DNA of 64,000 bases from Prevotella sp. CAG:617 (GTDB taxonomy: Bacteria; Bacteroidota; Bacteroidia; Bacteroidales; Bacteroidaceae). Positions 1-10,225 of the stretch are shown in pieces (position 1 is the stretch's first letter; each line of letters starts with the position of its first letter). Location of the stretch: contig FR903596.1 of assembly GCA_000438115.1 (NCBI GenBank), positions 34,815-98,814 on the forward strand, read 5' to 3'. The translations under genes and the position numbers were made by a program. The notes under the pieces are model-generated. The model did no database searches. It had not been told where the DNA came from and saw only the letters and a program-made list of their open reading frames with translations.

Positions 1-1642
1 TGGCCAATCGTACCGGTTGTTCTTCGTTTTCAGTCTGTTGCTCGTCTTCAAACAATTTGATGGCGTTGAGCAATTCCTGTACGTTTTCCTGTTTGCTGAG
101 GCATTCGGCACTTTGGTCAGCCGACAAGTCGGCCTTGATGCCGCTTTTCTCGATAACGCTCATGCAGAATGCATATAGTCCTTCAGTATGGGTCGTGTCA
201 GCTTCCCGGCTGATTAATTTGTCAATGAGCGACTTGAACTTTTGCAGTTTCTTGATGGTGGCGGCACTGATTTGCGCTTCCTTCATCCAGTCTTCGCGCT
301 GCAGCACATCCCATACGGACATTTGGTTCGTAATGGCAAATACCTGCAGCTTTTTCTGCGTGGTGTCGCCAATGCCGCGGGCGGGATAGTTGATAATGCG
401 CCGCAGCGCTTCTTCGTCGTATGGATTGACAATGATGCGCAGATAAGCCAGAATATCCTTGATTTCCTTTCGCTGATAGAACGACAGCCCGCCGTAAATG
501 CGGTAGGGGATGTTCATGCTGCGCAGCGTTTCCTCAAAGATTCGGCTTTGTGCATTGGTGCGATAGAGAATGGCCATTTCGTTGTACGAAACGTGTTGTC
601 GCGCCAGACGCCCTATGCAGCGTGCCACCTTGATACTCTCTTCCTTGTCGCTGTAGGCGTCAAGGATGTGAATTTTTTCGCCTTCGTTGCGGTTGCTGTA
701 CACCTGCTTTTCAATCTGATGGCGGTTGAGGCGGATAATGGAGTTGGCTGCGTTGACAATGTTGCCCGTTGAGCGGTAATTGCATTCCAGCTTGAAGGTG
801 CGCGCCGTGGGATACTGGTTGGTGAAACTCAGAATGTTGCTGATGTCGGCACCGCGGAATCCGTAGATGCTTTGTGCATCGTCGCCCACCACGCAGATGC
901 GTGAATCCTTCTCGGTCAGTAGCGAGAGGATGCGGTGTTGGGCGTAGTTGGTGTCCTGAAACTCGTCTACCAGAACATACTGGAAGTGCTGTTTGTACTT
1001 CTGGCAGATTTCCGGATTTTTGAAGAACAGCTGGAAGGTGTAGAGTAGCAGGTCGTCAAAGTCCATGGCGTTGGCCTGCCGGCATCGCGCCACGTAGGCT
1101 GCATATATCTTGTGCATTTCCGTCAGGTTGTCGGCTGCATCACGGCGTATGGCCGTACTGTCCGAACTGTATTGCTCGGGCATAATCAGCCTGTTTTTGG
1201 CGGCTGAAATGCGGTTGCCCACCACGTTGGGCTTGTAGGTCTTGTCGTCCAGCTTCATTTCCTTCACGATGGCCTTGATGAGGCTGCGCGAGTCGCTGGA
1301 GTCATAAATGGTAATGTTCGGATTGAACCCGATGGCCTGATATTCAGTGCGCAGAATACGCAGGAAGATGGAGTGGAAGGTACCCATGCAGAGGTATCGG
1401 GCCTTTTCCAGCCCAATCAGAGCTGCAATACGGTCTTTCATTTCTGCGGCCGCCTTGTTCGTAAAGGTCAGGGCCAGAATGTTCCAGGGCGCCATGCCGA
1501 TGCTCAGCAGATAAGCAATCTTGTAGGTCAGCACACGCGTTTTTCCGGAACCGGCTCCGGCTATAATCAACGAAGGGCCGTCACAATACATGACGGCCTC
1601 TTGTTGATTTTCGTTCAAATCGGACAGAAAATGATTTTCCAC
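1..1642 (-). CDS. UvrD/PcrA/Rep-family ATP-dependent DNA helicase (SF1A); 5'-partial, the C-terminus lies beyond the window start
   Basis: Minus-strand translation reads (M/V)ENHFLSDLNENQQEAVMYCDGPSLIIAGAGSGKTRVLTYKIAYLL...ILALTFTNKAAAEMKDRI, which matches UvrD motifs Q, I and Ia. The ORF runs off the window edge. The start is ambiguous: GTG at 1642 fits the conserved N-terminus, with an in-frame ATG at 1591 as the alternative. Confidence 0.85.
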   Translation of the reverse strand, partial: MENHFLSDLNENQQEAVMYCDGPSLIIAGAGSGKTRVLTYKIAYLLSIGMAPWNILALTFTNKAAAEMKDRIAALIGLEKARYLCMGTFHSIFLRILRTEYQAIGFNPNITIYDSSDSRSLIKAIVKEMKLDDKTYKPNVVGNRISAAKNRLIMPEQYSSDSTAIRRDAADNLTEMHKIYAAYVARCRQANAMDFDDLLLYTFQLFFKNPEICQKYKQHFQYVLVDEFQDTNYAQHRILSLLTEKDSRICVVGDDAQSIYGFRGADISNILSFTNQYPTARTFKLECNYRSTGNIVNAANSIIRLNRHQIEKQVYSNRNEGEKIHILDAYSDKEESIKVARCIGRLARQHVSYNEMAILYRTNAQSRIFEETLRSMNIPYRIYGGLSFYQRKEIKDILAYLRIIVNPYDEEALRRIINYPARGIGDTTQKKLQVFAITNQMSVWDVLQREDWMKEAQISAATIKKLQKFKSLIDKLISREADTTHTEGLYAFCMSVIEKSGIKADLSADQSAECLSKQENVQELLNAIKLFEDEQQTENEEQPVRLA

Positions 1643-1679
1643 CTTGATTCTGTATTTTTTTCAGGATGTCAATATGATT

Positions 1680-3164
1680 TTAGTAGCTGCGGGCAATGAG
1701 TACCCGATATTTGGCCGGCTTGCCCGACACCATGTCCGTACCCGGATTTTCCTGACTTACGCTGAACGGTACACAGCGTATCGTGGCCTGAGTCTCTTCC
1801 TTGATTCGTGCCTCGGTTTCAACCGTACCGTCCCACGGGCAGAGGAAGAATCCTCCGTTGGGAATGCGGGCCTTGAATTCTTCGTAGTCGTTGCATTCGT
1901 AGATATGAGCATCCAAAAAGGCTTTGGCCTTGGTAAACAGGTTGGTCTGAATTTCCTCCAGCAGTTGGGCTACATATTCTTCGATGCCTTCTACCGGACG
2001 GGTTTCCTTTTCCAGCGTGTCGCGGCGCATCACTTCAATGGAGCCGTTGGCCAGGTCGCGGGCACCCATAACCAGACGTACGGGAACACCTTTGAGCTCG
2101 TAGTCGGCAAACTTGAAGCCCGGACGCTTGTTGTCGGCGTTGTCGTATTTTACGCTGATGCCCATGCTGCGCAGTTTGTCAGCCAGGGCCTGCAGGCGTG
2201 TGTTGAGCTCTTCCAGCTCCTCATTACCTTTGTAGATGGGGATAATAACAACTTGGATGGGGGCGAGGTGTGGCGGGAGTACCAAGCCGTTGTCGTCGCT
2301 GTGTGTCATGATGAGTGCACCCATCAAACGGGTACTTACGCCCCAGCTGGTGGCCCAGGCATATTCCAGTTTGTTTTCCTTGTTGATAAACTGCACGTTG
2401 AAAGCCTTGCCGAAGTTCTGTCCCAGGAAGTGGCTCGTACCCGACTGCAGCGCCTTTCCGTCCTGCATCAGGGCCTCGATGGTATAGGTGTCCAACGCGC
2501 CGGCAAAACGTTCGGTTTCGCTCTTCACTCCCTGAATCAATGGTATGGCCATGTATTTTTCCACAAAGTCAGCATATACCTTCAGCATCTGTTTGGCGCG
2601 TGCTTCAGCCTCTTCGCGTGTGGCGTGGGCCGTGTGGCCCTCTTGCCAGAGGAATTCGCTCGTGCGCAGGAACAGACGCGTACGCATTTCCCAGCGCATC
2701 ACGTTGCACCACTGGTTGCAGCACAGGGGCAGGTCGCGCCAGGAGTGAATCCATTTGCGGTAAGTATTCCAGATGGTAGTTTCCGACGTCGGACGGATAA
2801 TCAGTTCTTCCTCCAGTTTGGCGGCCGGGTCAACTACCACGCCGTTGCCCTCTTCGTTGGCTTTCAGACGATAGTGGGTTACTACGGCACACTCTTTGGC
2901 AAAGCCCTCAACGTGTTCGGCTTCTTTGGAGAGGAATGATTTTGGAATCAGCATCGGGAAGTACACGTTCTGTACGCCCGTCTCTTTGAATTTTCCGTCC
3001 AGAATGTGCTGGAGCTTTTCCCAAATGGCGTAACCATAGGGTTTTATTACCATACAGCCGCGCACGTCTGACTGTTCTGCCAAGTCGGCCTTTACTACCA
3101 ACTCGTTATACCACTGCGAATAGTTCTCGCTTCGTTTTGTGAGGTTTTTCAGTTCTTTTGCCAT
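1680..3164 (-). CDS. proS: Prolyl-tRNA synthetase, archaeal/eukaryote-like type (no INS editing domain)
   Basis: [30 protein letters not shown]...class II aaRS motifs...C-terminal ...YRVLIARSY. The track ORF is 605 aa, but the conserved N-terminus begins at the internal Met whose codon ends at 3164, giving 494 aa. A TATTTTTG -7 motif on the minus strand at 3194-3201 supports this start. Confidence 0.93.
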   Translation of the reverse strand: MAKELKNLTKRSENYSQWYNELVVKADLAEQSDVRGCMVIKPYGYAIWEKLQHILDGKFKETGVQNVYFPMLIPKSFLSKEAEHVEGFAKECAVVTHYRLKANEEGNGVVVDPAAKLEEELIIRPTSETTIWNTYRKWIHSWRDLPLCCNQWCNVMRWEMRTRLFLRTSEFLWQEGHTAHATREEAEARAKQMLKVYADFVEKYMAIPLIQGVKSETERFAGALDTYTIEALMQDGKALQSGTSHFLGQNFGKAFNVQFINKENKLEYAWATSWGVSTRLMGALIMTHSDDNGLVLPPHLAPIQVVIIPIYKGNEELEELNTRLQALADKLRSMGISVKYDNADNKRPGFKFADYELKGVPVRLVMGARDLANGSIEVMRRDTLEKETRPVEGIEEYVAQLLEEIQTNLFTKAKAFLDAHIYECNDYEEFKARIPNGGFFLCPWDGTVETEARIKEETQATIRCVPFSVSQENPGTDMVSGKPAKYRVLIARSY

Positions 3165-3193
3165 GATAGGATGAAAAAATTTTTTTCTGGTTG

Positions 3194-3201
3194 CAAAAAT
3201 A
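3194..3201 (-). promoter_or_regulatory. Bacteroidetes -7 promoter motif (TAnnTTTG) upstream of proS
   Basis: Plus strand reads CAAAAATA, which is TATTTTTG on the minus strand, about 30 nt upstream of the proS ATG. Confidence 0.4.
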
Positions 3202-3474
3202 CGAATTTTCTGCCGTTTGGCGACTATTCCGCTAAGCAGAAAAGCGGCAGGCCGGCCAAAACCTTTCTTTTCAGATATGGTGTGTATCTGTCGTGGGTTG
3301 TTGCTTTTTCTCTTTTGCTTTATGAATGAGCGTACCGATTTTAAATGCCATGGTTTAGTATGTGGGGTAAAAAAGTGTGTGCCAAAGTACATTAGCGCGT
3401 ATGGACTTTCCGTGGTTAAGAGGCGTTTTAATGGAGAGGCTTGAAAAAAAATTATGAAGGCATCTAAAAATAAC

Positions 3475-3508
3475 AAGTTCCGACCTTGTTCCAACAAAGT
3501 CGGAACTT
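3475..3508 (-). terminator. Intrinsic terminator hairpin (perfect 10-bp stem) between tRNA-Arg and the proS promoter
   Basis: AAGTTCCGAC-cttgttccaacaa-GTCGGAACTT, followed on the minus strand by a TTATTTTT run. Confidence 0.55.
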
Positions 3509-3658
3509 TATATCTTCTGTTTCTGTTGCAGACACGGTAATTTTAATAAGTCTCAGTGAAACGGCATATATATGGTCATAAAAATTGGTGAAAAAACGGC
3601 CATAATATGTTGTGTAGGATAAGCAGAAACCGATTGTATCGATTTCATTATAATAATA

Positions 3659-3680
3659 GGCAGCGGAGTAATCCGCTGCC
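3659..3680 (-). terminator. Hairpin immediately 3' of tRNA-Arg
   Basis: GGCAGCGGA-gtaa-TCCGCTGCC, a perfect 9-bp stem, followed on the minus strand by a mixed TATT-run. Confidence 0.55.
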
Positions 3681-3683
3681 TAT

Positions 3684-3760
3684 TGGTGATCCCGTTGGGA
3701 TTCAAACCCAAGACCTTCAGAACCGGAATCTGACGCTCTATTCAGCTAAGCTACGGGACC
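3684..3760 (-). tRNA. tRNA-Arg (anticodon CCG)
   Basis: The minus-strand sequence GGTCCCGTAGCTTAGCTGAATAGAGCGTCAGATTCCGGTTCTGAAGGTCTTGGGTTTGAATCCCAACGGGATCACCA folds as a cloverleaf. It has a 7-bp acceptor stem, an anticodon stem TCAGA/TCTGA with loop TTCCGGT (U33, anticodon CCG, G37), a T-arm TTGGG/CCCAA with TTTGAAT loop, and an encoded CCA. Confidence 0.9.
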
Positions 3761-3941
3761 TTTATCGGCTGCAAAAGTATAAAAATAAGTTGAAACGGCA
3801 AAAATAAAGTTCGCTTTTTGTAGAGAAGAGGATGGGGAGTTTAATATAGGGTGACATTTTTGGGGGGGAGAGGATTTGCTATTGTGTCCGCCGATAGGTG
3901 AGGATAGTGTGCGTAAATAAGCGTGTGAAGGGAAATAGTCT

Positions 3942-3984
3942 TGACTCCCAGTAATACATTACATATAGGCGTATTACTGGGAGT
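3942..3984 (-). terminator. Perfect 15-bp inverted repeat downstream of the regulator-membrane protein operon
   Basis: GACTCCCAGTAATAC-attacatataggc-GTATTACTGGGAGTC, lying just past the stop of the 4005..4292 gene. There is no clean U-tract, so it could be a terminator or a protein-binding site. Confidence 0.4.
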
Positions 3985-4004
3985 CGGGAGCGGGAAGTGG
4001 CGGG

Positions 4005-4292
4005 TTACAGGGCATTGCCCAGGTATTCCCGGAGGGTTTCTATGTATTCTTTTAGCGCTTGCCGGCCTTTGTCGGTAAGGGTGCACGTGGTTCGCGGCTT
4101 TTTGCCGATGATTTCTTTACGTACACTGATGTATTCGGCCTCTGCCAGTTTTTCTATCTGAACGCTCAGATTGCCGGCCGTAGCGCCTGTCTTTTCTTTC
4201 AGCCACACGAAGTCGGCTTCGGTTACGGTGAGGAGCAGCGAAATGACAGACAGACGCAGTTGCGCATGTAGTAGAGGGTTGAGCGGCTTCAT
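4005..4292 (-). CDS. Small winged-helix (HTH_34-like) transcriptional regulator
   Basis: The 95-aa product MKPLNPLLHAQLRLSVISLLLTVTEADFVWLKEKTGATAGNLSVQIEKLAEAEYISVRKEIIGKKPRTTCTLTDKGRQALKEYIETLREYL follows the pattern of the short Bacteroidetes wHTH regulators. Its start overlaps the stop of the upstream gene by 4 nt. Confidence 0.75.
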   Translation of the reverse strand: MKPLNPLLHAQLRLSVISLLLTVTEADFVWLKEKTGATAGNLSVQIEKLAEAEYISVRKEIIGKKPRTTCTLTDKGRQALKEYIETLREYLGNAL

Positions 4293-4903
4293 TCTTTTGC
4301 GGCTTTATGATTCAGAATGTGTCCGGGTATGATTAATGCAACTAAAAATGCAATGGCTGCCATCAGGTTCCAACTGGCGTGAAAAGCCTGTCCGCTGCGC
4401 ATTTCTATGAGCAATGTTACAGGTATGATGGCAGCTGCTACGGTGATTCGGGTAATACTGGGAACGTTGACAACCAGGCCGGATATCATTGTACCTATGC
4501 ATACGTATAGCAGGGCCAGTGGGAGCATAAGGCTGAAGTTGATGGATAGGGTGAGGAATCCCATACCAATGATGGTGGCGCAGGTCAGCACCATGAGCCA
4601 TCCTACGATTTTCCATGTGTTGTTTAGCATTTTGTCGGTGTAGGATACGGCGTGTGGTTTACACTTCTTGTTTTTGAAATAGATGATGGGTTGGGGTAAA
4701 AACATGGCAAACCAAAGGAAATTCCATGCGGGTTGTGTGGTAAAGTGCGTGATGAGATATACAGCGATGGCCAGAATAACACTGGTGTAGCCATAACATA
4801 AGAAAACGTTGCCAGAACCCACTTCAAGTTCTTTTCTGGTTTTTTGAATCATTTGCGTGATCAGTTCCAGACTTTCTTTCTCGTTAAAAATATGTTCGTT
4901 CAT
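4289..4903 (-). CDS. Hypothetical polytopic membrane protein, co-operonic with the wHTH regulator
   Basis: 204 aa with 5-6 predicted hydrophobic helices. It overlaps the downstream regulator gene by ATGA and resembles no family I recognise. Confidence 0.6.
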   Translation of the reverse strand: MNEHIFNEKESLELITQMIQKTRKELEVGSGNVFLCYGYTSVILAIAVYLITHFTTQPAWNFLWFAMFLPQPIIYFKNKKCKPHAVSYTDKMLNNTWKIVGWLMVLTCATIIGMGFLTLSINFSLMLPLALLYVCIGTMISGLVVNVPSITRITVAAAIIPVTLLIEMRSGQAFHASWNLMAAIAFLVALIIPGHILNHKAAKE

Positions 4904-5280
4904 AATGGTAATTTTTTAATAGATACCGGCAATGTCAAACCTTTGTTCGGGCCCAGGTTTCAGGTTGGCAAGCTAAGTATCGGGTGTTTGAATTTTATTT
5001 TTCAGTATGGTTTATAATATAAACTGAATGTGGTAAAAAATAAGGGTATTTACCCCTCATTTAACTGTTTTCTTTTGCAAAGATAAAGAAGTTTATTTTA
5101 TAAACCAAATTAATTTGAATTTATTTGAGCAGAAAATGATATAATTAAGTATAGGTTAGTAATGAATTAGGCACTGATAGGGAAACCGGCTTATAGTATG
5201 AATGAAAATAATGTCGGAATATTTATGAATAATTTTGCATTTTGTTCTGAATAAAGTTTTGTAAACGACATTTTTATTTG

Positions 5281-5288
5281 TATATTTG
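5281..5288 (+). promoter_or_regulatory. TAnnTTTG -7 motif (TATATTTG) upstream of asnA
   Basis: TATATTTG lies about 30 nt upstream of the asnA ATG. A second TAATTTTG sits at 5230-5237. Confidence 0.4.
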
Positions 5289-5318
5289 CACATCAAATAA
5301 CAAAAAGTAAAAAATATT

Positions 5319-6356
5319 ATGAGCTATCTGATAAAACCCATTAATTATAAACCATTGCTCGACCGTCAGGAAACGGAGCAGGCCATCAAGCTGATTAAGG
5401 ACTTTTTTCAGCAAAATTTGGCCACAGGGCTGCGCTTGCATCGTGTGACGGGTCCTCTTTTTGTGCAGAAGGGCCTTGGACTCAACGATGATCTTAACGG
5501 AGTGGAACGCCCGGTCAGTTTCCCCATTAAGGATATGAATGAGGCTGTAGCCGAGGTGGTTCATTCGCTGGCCAAATGGAAGCGCATGACGCTGGCTGAT
5601 CACGGCATTGAGCCGGGATATGGCATTTATACCGACATGAACGCCATACGTGCCGATGAGGAGTTGGGCAATTTGCATTCACTCTATGTGGACCAGTGGG
5701 ACTGGGAGCGTGTTATTTTACCGGAAAATCGAAATTTGAAATTCCTGAAAAGCATTGTGCGCTGCATTTATGCCGCATTGTTGCGTACGGAGTTCCTGGT
5801 AACAGAGCGTTTCCCGCAACTAAAGCCGTTCTTGCCTCAGGAAGTGCAGTTTATTCATGCTGAGGAGCTACGTCAGCGTTATCCGGACTTGACGCCAAAG
5901 GAGCGTGAAAATGAGATTTGCAGGGAATATGGAGCTGTGTTTATCATAGGTATCGGTTGTCCTTTAGGAGATGGTAAGCCTCACGACCAGCGTGCTCCGG
6001 ACTACGATGATTATTCTACGGTGGCTGAGAACGGATTGCCTGGTCTGAATGGCGATTTGCTGGTGTGGAATACGGTGTTGGGCCGTGCTTTTGAACTTTC
6101 GTCCATGGGTATTCGTGTAGATCATGATGCTCTGTTGCGTCAGTTGCACGATACGGGGCGCGAAGACCGATTGCAGCTTTATTTCCATAAACGTTTGGTT
6201 GAAGGTACGCTGCCGTTAAGCATAGGAGGCGGTATCGGACAGTCAAGGTTGTGTATGCTTTATCTGCGTAAGGCTCATATCGGCGAAATTCAGGCCAGTA
6301 TCTGGCCCGAGGCTATGCGCAAGGAATGCACGGAAGTCGGTATTCCGCTTATATAA
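5319..6356 (+). CDS. asnA: Aspartate--ammonia ligase (asparagine synthetase A)
   Basis: 345 aa containing LGLNDDLNGVERPVSF, IYTDMNAIRADEELGNLHSLYVDQWDWE and the GGGIGQSRLCMLYL motifs typical of AsnA. Confidence 0.92.
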   Translation: MSYLIKPINYKPLLDRQETEQAIKLIKDFFQQNLATGLRLHRVTGPLFVQKGLGLNDDLNGVERPVSFPIKDMNEAVAEVVHSLAKWKRMTLADHGIEPGYGIYTDMNAIRADEELGNLHSLYVDQWDWERVILPENRNLKFLKSIVRCIYAALLRTEFLVTERFPQLKPFLPQEVQFIHAEELRQRYPDLTPKERENEICREYGAVFIIGIGCPLGDGKPHDQRAPDYDDYSTVAENGLPGLNGDLLVWNTVLGRAFELSSMGIRVDHDALLRQLHDTGREDRLQLYFHKRLVEGTLPLSIGGGIGQSRLCMLYLRKAHIGEIQASIWPEAMRKECTEVGIPLI

Positions 6357-6388
6357 AGAATATGATGCGTGAAAAACGCTTATTTTAC

Positions 6389-6419
6389 AATCCATTCGGA
6401 TATCGGATGGATTTTTTTT
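6389..6419 (+). terminator. asnA intrinsic terminator
   Basis: AATCCATTCG-gatat-CGGATGGATT followed by a T8 run. Confidence 0.6.
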
Positions 6420-6493
6420 GTGGAGCCGGAATTCCTGCTTGCAAAAAAAATCGTAAGTTTGCAATTGACAATGAAATAAAAAGATAATATAGC

Positions 6494-7729
6494 ATGAATA
6501 TAGTAGAGCGTTTTATCCGTTATACGAGTTTTGATACTCAGTCAAGTGAAAACAGTAGCACTACGCCGAGTACACCGAAACAGATGGACTTTGCCCGTTT
6601 CCTGAAAAAGGAACTGGAGGATGAAGGATTAAGTGATGTGGAATTGGATGAGCATGGTTATCTGTATGCCACACTGCCTTCAAATGCCGATGACGACAAG
6701 GAGATTCCTACCATAGGTTTTATTGCGCATTACGATACCAGTCCTGATTGTTCTGGTGCTAATGTAACACCGCGCATTGTTAAGGATTATGATGGCAAGG
6801 TTATAGAGTTGGATGCTGAGGCCGGCATTGTGTTGTCGCCTGAGAAATTTCCGGAACTCAAGAGTCATGTGGGTGAGGATCTTATTGTGACAAACGGACA
6901 TACGTTGTTGGGAGCCGACGATAAGGCCGGTATTGCTGAAATCGTGGAAGCCATGGTTTATCTGAAGGCCCATCCCGAAATTGAGCACGGTACCATACGC
7001 GTCGGATTTAATCCGGACGAGGAAATTGGCTTGGGAGCACATCTGTTTGATGTAGAAAAGTTTGGCTGTGAATGGGCTTATACCATGGACGGTGGTGAAG
7101 TGGGCGAATTGGAGTTCGAGAACTTTAATGCCGCTTCTGCCCAGTTGGACATTACTGGCGTAAGCGTGCATCCCGGATATGCCAAGAACAAGATGATTAA
7201 TGCCGCCCGTGTAGCTGCTGATTTTGTGGGTTTGATTCCTGCTGACGAAACCCCTGAAACAACCGAAGGATACGAGGGCTTTTATCATGTAGTCGGCATA
7301 GAAGGTAATGTGGAGCGTGCTACCGTGCAAATGATTATTCGTGATCACGACCGTCAGCGTTTTGAGCAGCGTAAAAAGTGGGTTGCTGGTGCAGCTGAGC
7401 AGTTGAATCAGAAATATGGTGCCGGTACGGTCAAGGCAACGGTGAAGGATCAGTATTACAACATGCGTGAAAAGGTTGAACCGATGATGCACGTTATTGA
7501 TATTGCACTGAAAGCTATGGAGATGGCATCTGTACATCCGCAGGTAAAGGCTATTCGCGGAGGTACGGATGGCGCGCAGCTTTCGTTCAAGGGGCTGCCT
7601 TGTCCCAATATCTTTGCGGGAGGCATCAATTTCCATGGTCCGTATGAATTCCTGCCGATTCCTTCACTTACTAAGGCTATGGAAACCGTAGTGAATATTT
7701 GTCGGCTTACTGCACAATTTCATGAATAA
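6494..7729 (+). CDS. pepT: Peptidase T (tripeptide aminopeptidase, M20B)
   Basis: 411 aa with [12 protein letters not shown]...[17 protein letters not shown]...[10 protein letters not shown], the M20 metal-binding motifs characteristic of PepT. Confidence 0.9.
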   Translation: MNIVERFIRYTSFDTQSSENSSTTPSTPKQMDFARFLKKELEDEGLSDVELDEHGYLYATLPSNADDDKEIPTIGFIAHYDTSPDCSGANVTPRIVKDYDGKVIELDAEAGIVLSPEKFPELKSHVGEDLIVTNGHTLLGADDKAGIAEIVEAMVYLKAHPEIEHGTIRVGFNPDEEIGLGAHLFDVEKFGCEWAYTMDGGEVGELEFENFNAASAQLDITGVSVHPGYAKNKMINAARVAADFVGLIPADETPETTEGYEGFYHVVGIEGNVERATVQMIIRDHDRQRFEQRKKWVAGAAEQLNQKYGAGTVKATVKDQYYNMREKVEPMMHVIDIALKAMEMASVHPQVKAIRGGTDGAQLSFKGLPCPNIFAGGINFHGPYEFLPIPSLTKAMETVVNICRLTAQFHE

Positions 7730-7811
7730 TAGAGACAACATAGAATAAGATTTACGGTAAGGAAGGAAGTGAAAGCAGGCTTTCTTCCTTATTTCATTTT
7801 TTAGGAAAAAT

Positions 7812-10094
7812 ATGCAGCATTTACCTGATTTGATAGTCGACTTGGCGCTCATCCTGGTGGTGGCCGGCGTGGTAGGCTTGCTGTTTAAGCGACTGAAACA
7901 GCCACTGGTGTTGGGATACATCGTAGCTGGTATCTTGACCAGTCCCAACATGCCTTATACGCCTTCGGTGGGTGATACCAGCACATTGAGCGTTTGGGCG
8001 GACATTGGAGTGATTTTCCTGATGTTCACGTTGGGACTGGAATTCAGTTTCAAGAAAATTGTGAAGATGGGAGCCGGCCCGATTATAGCCGCATGTCTGA
8101 TCCTGTTTTGTATGATGAGCTTAGGGTCAGGCGTGGGGCATCTGTTTGGGTGGGGACGTATGAACAGTTTGTTTTTGGGGGCAATTCTGTCAATGTCTTC
8201 TACCACCATAATCTACAAGGCTTTGGACGATTTGGGCTTGCGCCAGCAGAAGTTTGCCGGAACCGTGTTGAGCGTGTTGGTCATTGAAGACATTTTGGGC
8301 GTGTTGCTCATGGTGATGTTGGGTACACTGGCAGCCAGTCGAGGATTTGAAGGCGAAGAACTGTTGGGAAGTCTGTTGCGCCTGATGTTCTATCTTTGTC
8401 TATGGTTTATGGTCGGAATCTTTCTGATTCCGATATTCCTGCGGAAGGTACGTAAGTGGATGAATCGTGAAACACTGCTGGTGGTGTCACTGGGATTGTG
8501 CTTTGGTATGGTGGTGATGGCTGCTCAAATAGGATACAGTACGGCTTTTGGTGCTTTTATGATGGGGAGTATTCTGGCGGAAACAGTAGAAGCGGAAATG
8601 ATAGATAAAATAGTAACTCCGGTAAAGGATCTTTTTGGAGCCGTGTTTTTTGTTTCAGTCGGCATGTTGGTTGATCCAGCCGTTATCCTGACTTATTGGT
8701 TACCTATTTTGGTATTGGTCGTCACCATAATTTTGGGGCAGATAGTCTTGGGAAGCAGTGCTTTTTTGCTGTCAGGGCAACCGCTTAAACAAGCCATGCA
8801 ATGTGGATTTTCCATGACGCAAATAGGTGAATTTTCATTTATTCTGGCTTCGCTGGGCAATAATTTGAAAGTAACGGATGGTTTTTTGTATCCGGTAATT
8901 GTAGCGGTATCCATTATTACTACTTTTACCACGCCATATCTTATCCGTAGTGCAGAACCTGCCTATCAGTTGGTGCAGCGTTTGTGGCCACGCGACCTTT
9001 CTGCCTATCATGCCGAGCCTCGGCATGGGTTGCCGTTCAAACGCCGTAGTACGCAGAGTAGTTGGTCAAGATTGCTCATGGCATTGCTGCGTCAGGCCGT
9101 GGCTTACATTGTACTGACAATAGCCGTGACAGCTTTGTCCTTAGGCTTTTTGTTGCCATTGGGACGGGCAGCTTTAGGACATTGGATGGGCAATGCCGTG
9201 TGTGGCGTATTGGCCATATTGGTGGTTTCGCCTTTTCTGAGAGCTTTTGTCATGAAAAAGAATCATTCAGAAGAGTTCAAGGAACTTTGGGAGCAGAATC
9301 TGTTTAATCGGGGGGTGCTGATTGTTGTAATGGTTGTACGCTTTGTGTTGGCATCTTTGGTTATTGCTTACATATTGAACTACCTGTCACCTTTTGCTAC
9401 GTGGGTTCATGTGGGGATAGCTATGATAATTATGTTGCTGATAGTGGCTTCACGTAGAATCAAGTTGATTAGCATTCGTATTGAGCGTACGTTTTTTATT
9501 AATTTGCGTTCGCGGGAAATTTTGGCGCAAAAACAAGGAACTTCCATGCCTGGGTATGCGCGTTTGTTACAAACCAAGAATTTGCATATAGCCCAGTTGG
9601 AATTGCCAGAGCATTCCACATGGGCGGGGCACACATTGAGTGAGTTATCCTTGGGACGTGAAACGGGAGTTATGATTACTTCAATTATCCGTGATACCGG
9701 ACGATATAATATTCCCGATGGTACTACGCGACTTTATCCCAGCGACAAACTCGAGATTATAGGTGATGACGAGAGCATAAAGACTTTTGTGGCAAAGATG
9801 GAACATGAGGCTATTTCTGTCGATGACTTACCTCAACATAGTCCTATGGTATTGAAGACCTTGATGGTGCTCAAGCAGTCGCCTCTTGCCGGAATTACAG
9901 TAGGGCAGAGTCAAATACGTGAAAGGTTTCATTGTATGGTGGTTGGTCTGAGTGCCGGACGAGATGTGCTGGAGATATCCTCAGCTGACAGTTTGATTAA
10001 ACCGGGAAGCAAACTATGGATTGTGGGAGAAAAGGATTGGGTGGAAAAACTTTGTGAGGAAATGGCCGGTTGGCTCTTAAGCGGAAAGTCCTGA
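7812..10094 (+). CDS. Monovalent cation:proton antiporter (CPA2/Kef-type) with two C-terminal RCK_C (TrkA-C) domains
   Basis: 760 aa with a 12-13 TM N-terminal exchanger domain (LGYIVAGILTSP..., GLEFS) and two C-terminal TrkA-C-like modules (LAGITVGQSQIRERFHCMVVGL...). Confidence 0.85.
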   Translation: MQHLPDLIVDLALILVVAGVVGLLFKRLKQPLVLGYIVAGILTSPNMPYTPSVGDTSTLSVWADIGVIFLMFTLGLEFSFKKIVKMGAGPIIAACLILFCMMSLGSGVGHLFGWGRMNSLFLGAILSMSSTTIIYKALDDLGLRQQKFAGTVLSVLVIEDILGVLLMVMLGTLAASRGFEGEELLGSLLRLMFYLCLWFMVGIFLIPIFLRKVRKWMNRETLLVVSLGLCFGMVVMAAQIGYSTAFGAFMMGSILAETVEAEMIDKIVTPVKDLFGAVFFVSVGMLVDPAVILTYWLPILVLVVTIILGQIVLGSSAFLLSGQPLKQAMQCGFSMTQIGEFSFILASLGNNLKVTDGFLYPVIVAVSIITTFTTPYLIRSAEPAYQLVQRLWPRDLSAYHAEPRHGLPFKRRSTQSSWSRLLMALLRQAVAYIVLTIAVTALSLGFLLPLGRAALGHWMGNAVCGVLAILVVSPFLRAFVMKKNHSEEFKELWEQNLFNRGVLIVVMVVRFVLASLVIAYILNYLSPFATWVHVGIAMIIMLLIVASRRIKLISIRIERTFFINLRSREILAQKQGTSMPGYARLLQTKNLHIAQLELPEHSTWAGHTLSELSLGRETGVMITSIIRDTGRYNIPDGTTRLYPSDKLEIIGDDESIKTFVAKMEHEAISVDDLPQHSPMVLKTLMVLKQSPLAGITVGQSQIRERFHCMVVGLSAGRDVLEISSADSLIKPGSKLWIVGEKDWVEKLCEEMAGWLLSGKS

Positions 10095-10225
10095 TTAAAG
10101 GGAAGATGTAAAAAATAAAATTACAATGGGTGTATATGAATAAAATTCTGTATTTTTGTACACTGGTGCGTGCGGAATTCTGCGTGTGCTCTTTGATGTT
10201 GAACAAACTAAAATAGGAAATAAAA

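Noticed and set aside
242-772. 176-aa plus-strand ORF, and the 57..389 and 1373..1699 ORFs
   Set aside because: Antisense to the UvrD-family helicase gene, which has the clear homology.
1644-2939. 431-aa plus-strand ORF
   Set aside because: Antisense shadow of proS with a low-complexity, Gly/Val/Phe-rich translation; the real gene is on the minus strand.
3165-3497. N-terminal 111-aa extension of the proS ORF
   Set aside because: No homology to ProRS; the conserved N-terminus MAKELKNL starts at the internal Met and a -7 promoter motif lies inside the extension. The same reasoning applies to the extended ORFs of glnN (43911-44105), dapF (46054-46341) and rplU (16328-16450).
3607-3807. 66-aa ORF overlapping tRNA-Arg
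   Set aside because: It overlaps a well-folded tRNA and its terminator hairpin, and the Arg/Asn-rich translation is typical of structured-RNA DNA.
6680-7636. 318-aa minus-strand ORF
   Set aside because: Antisense to pepT.
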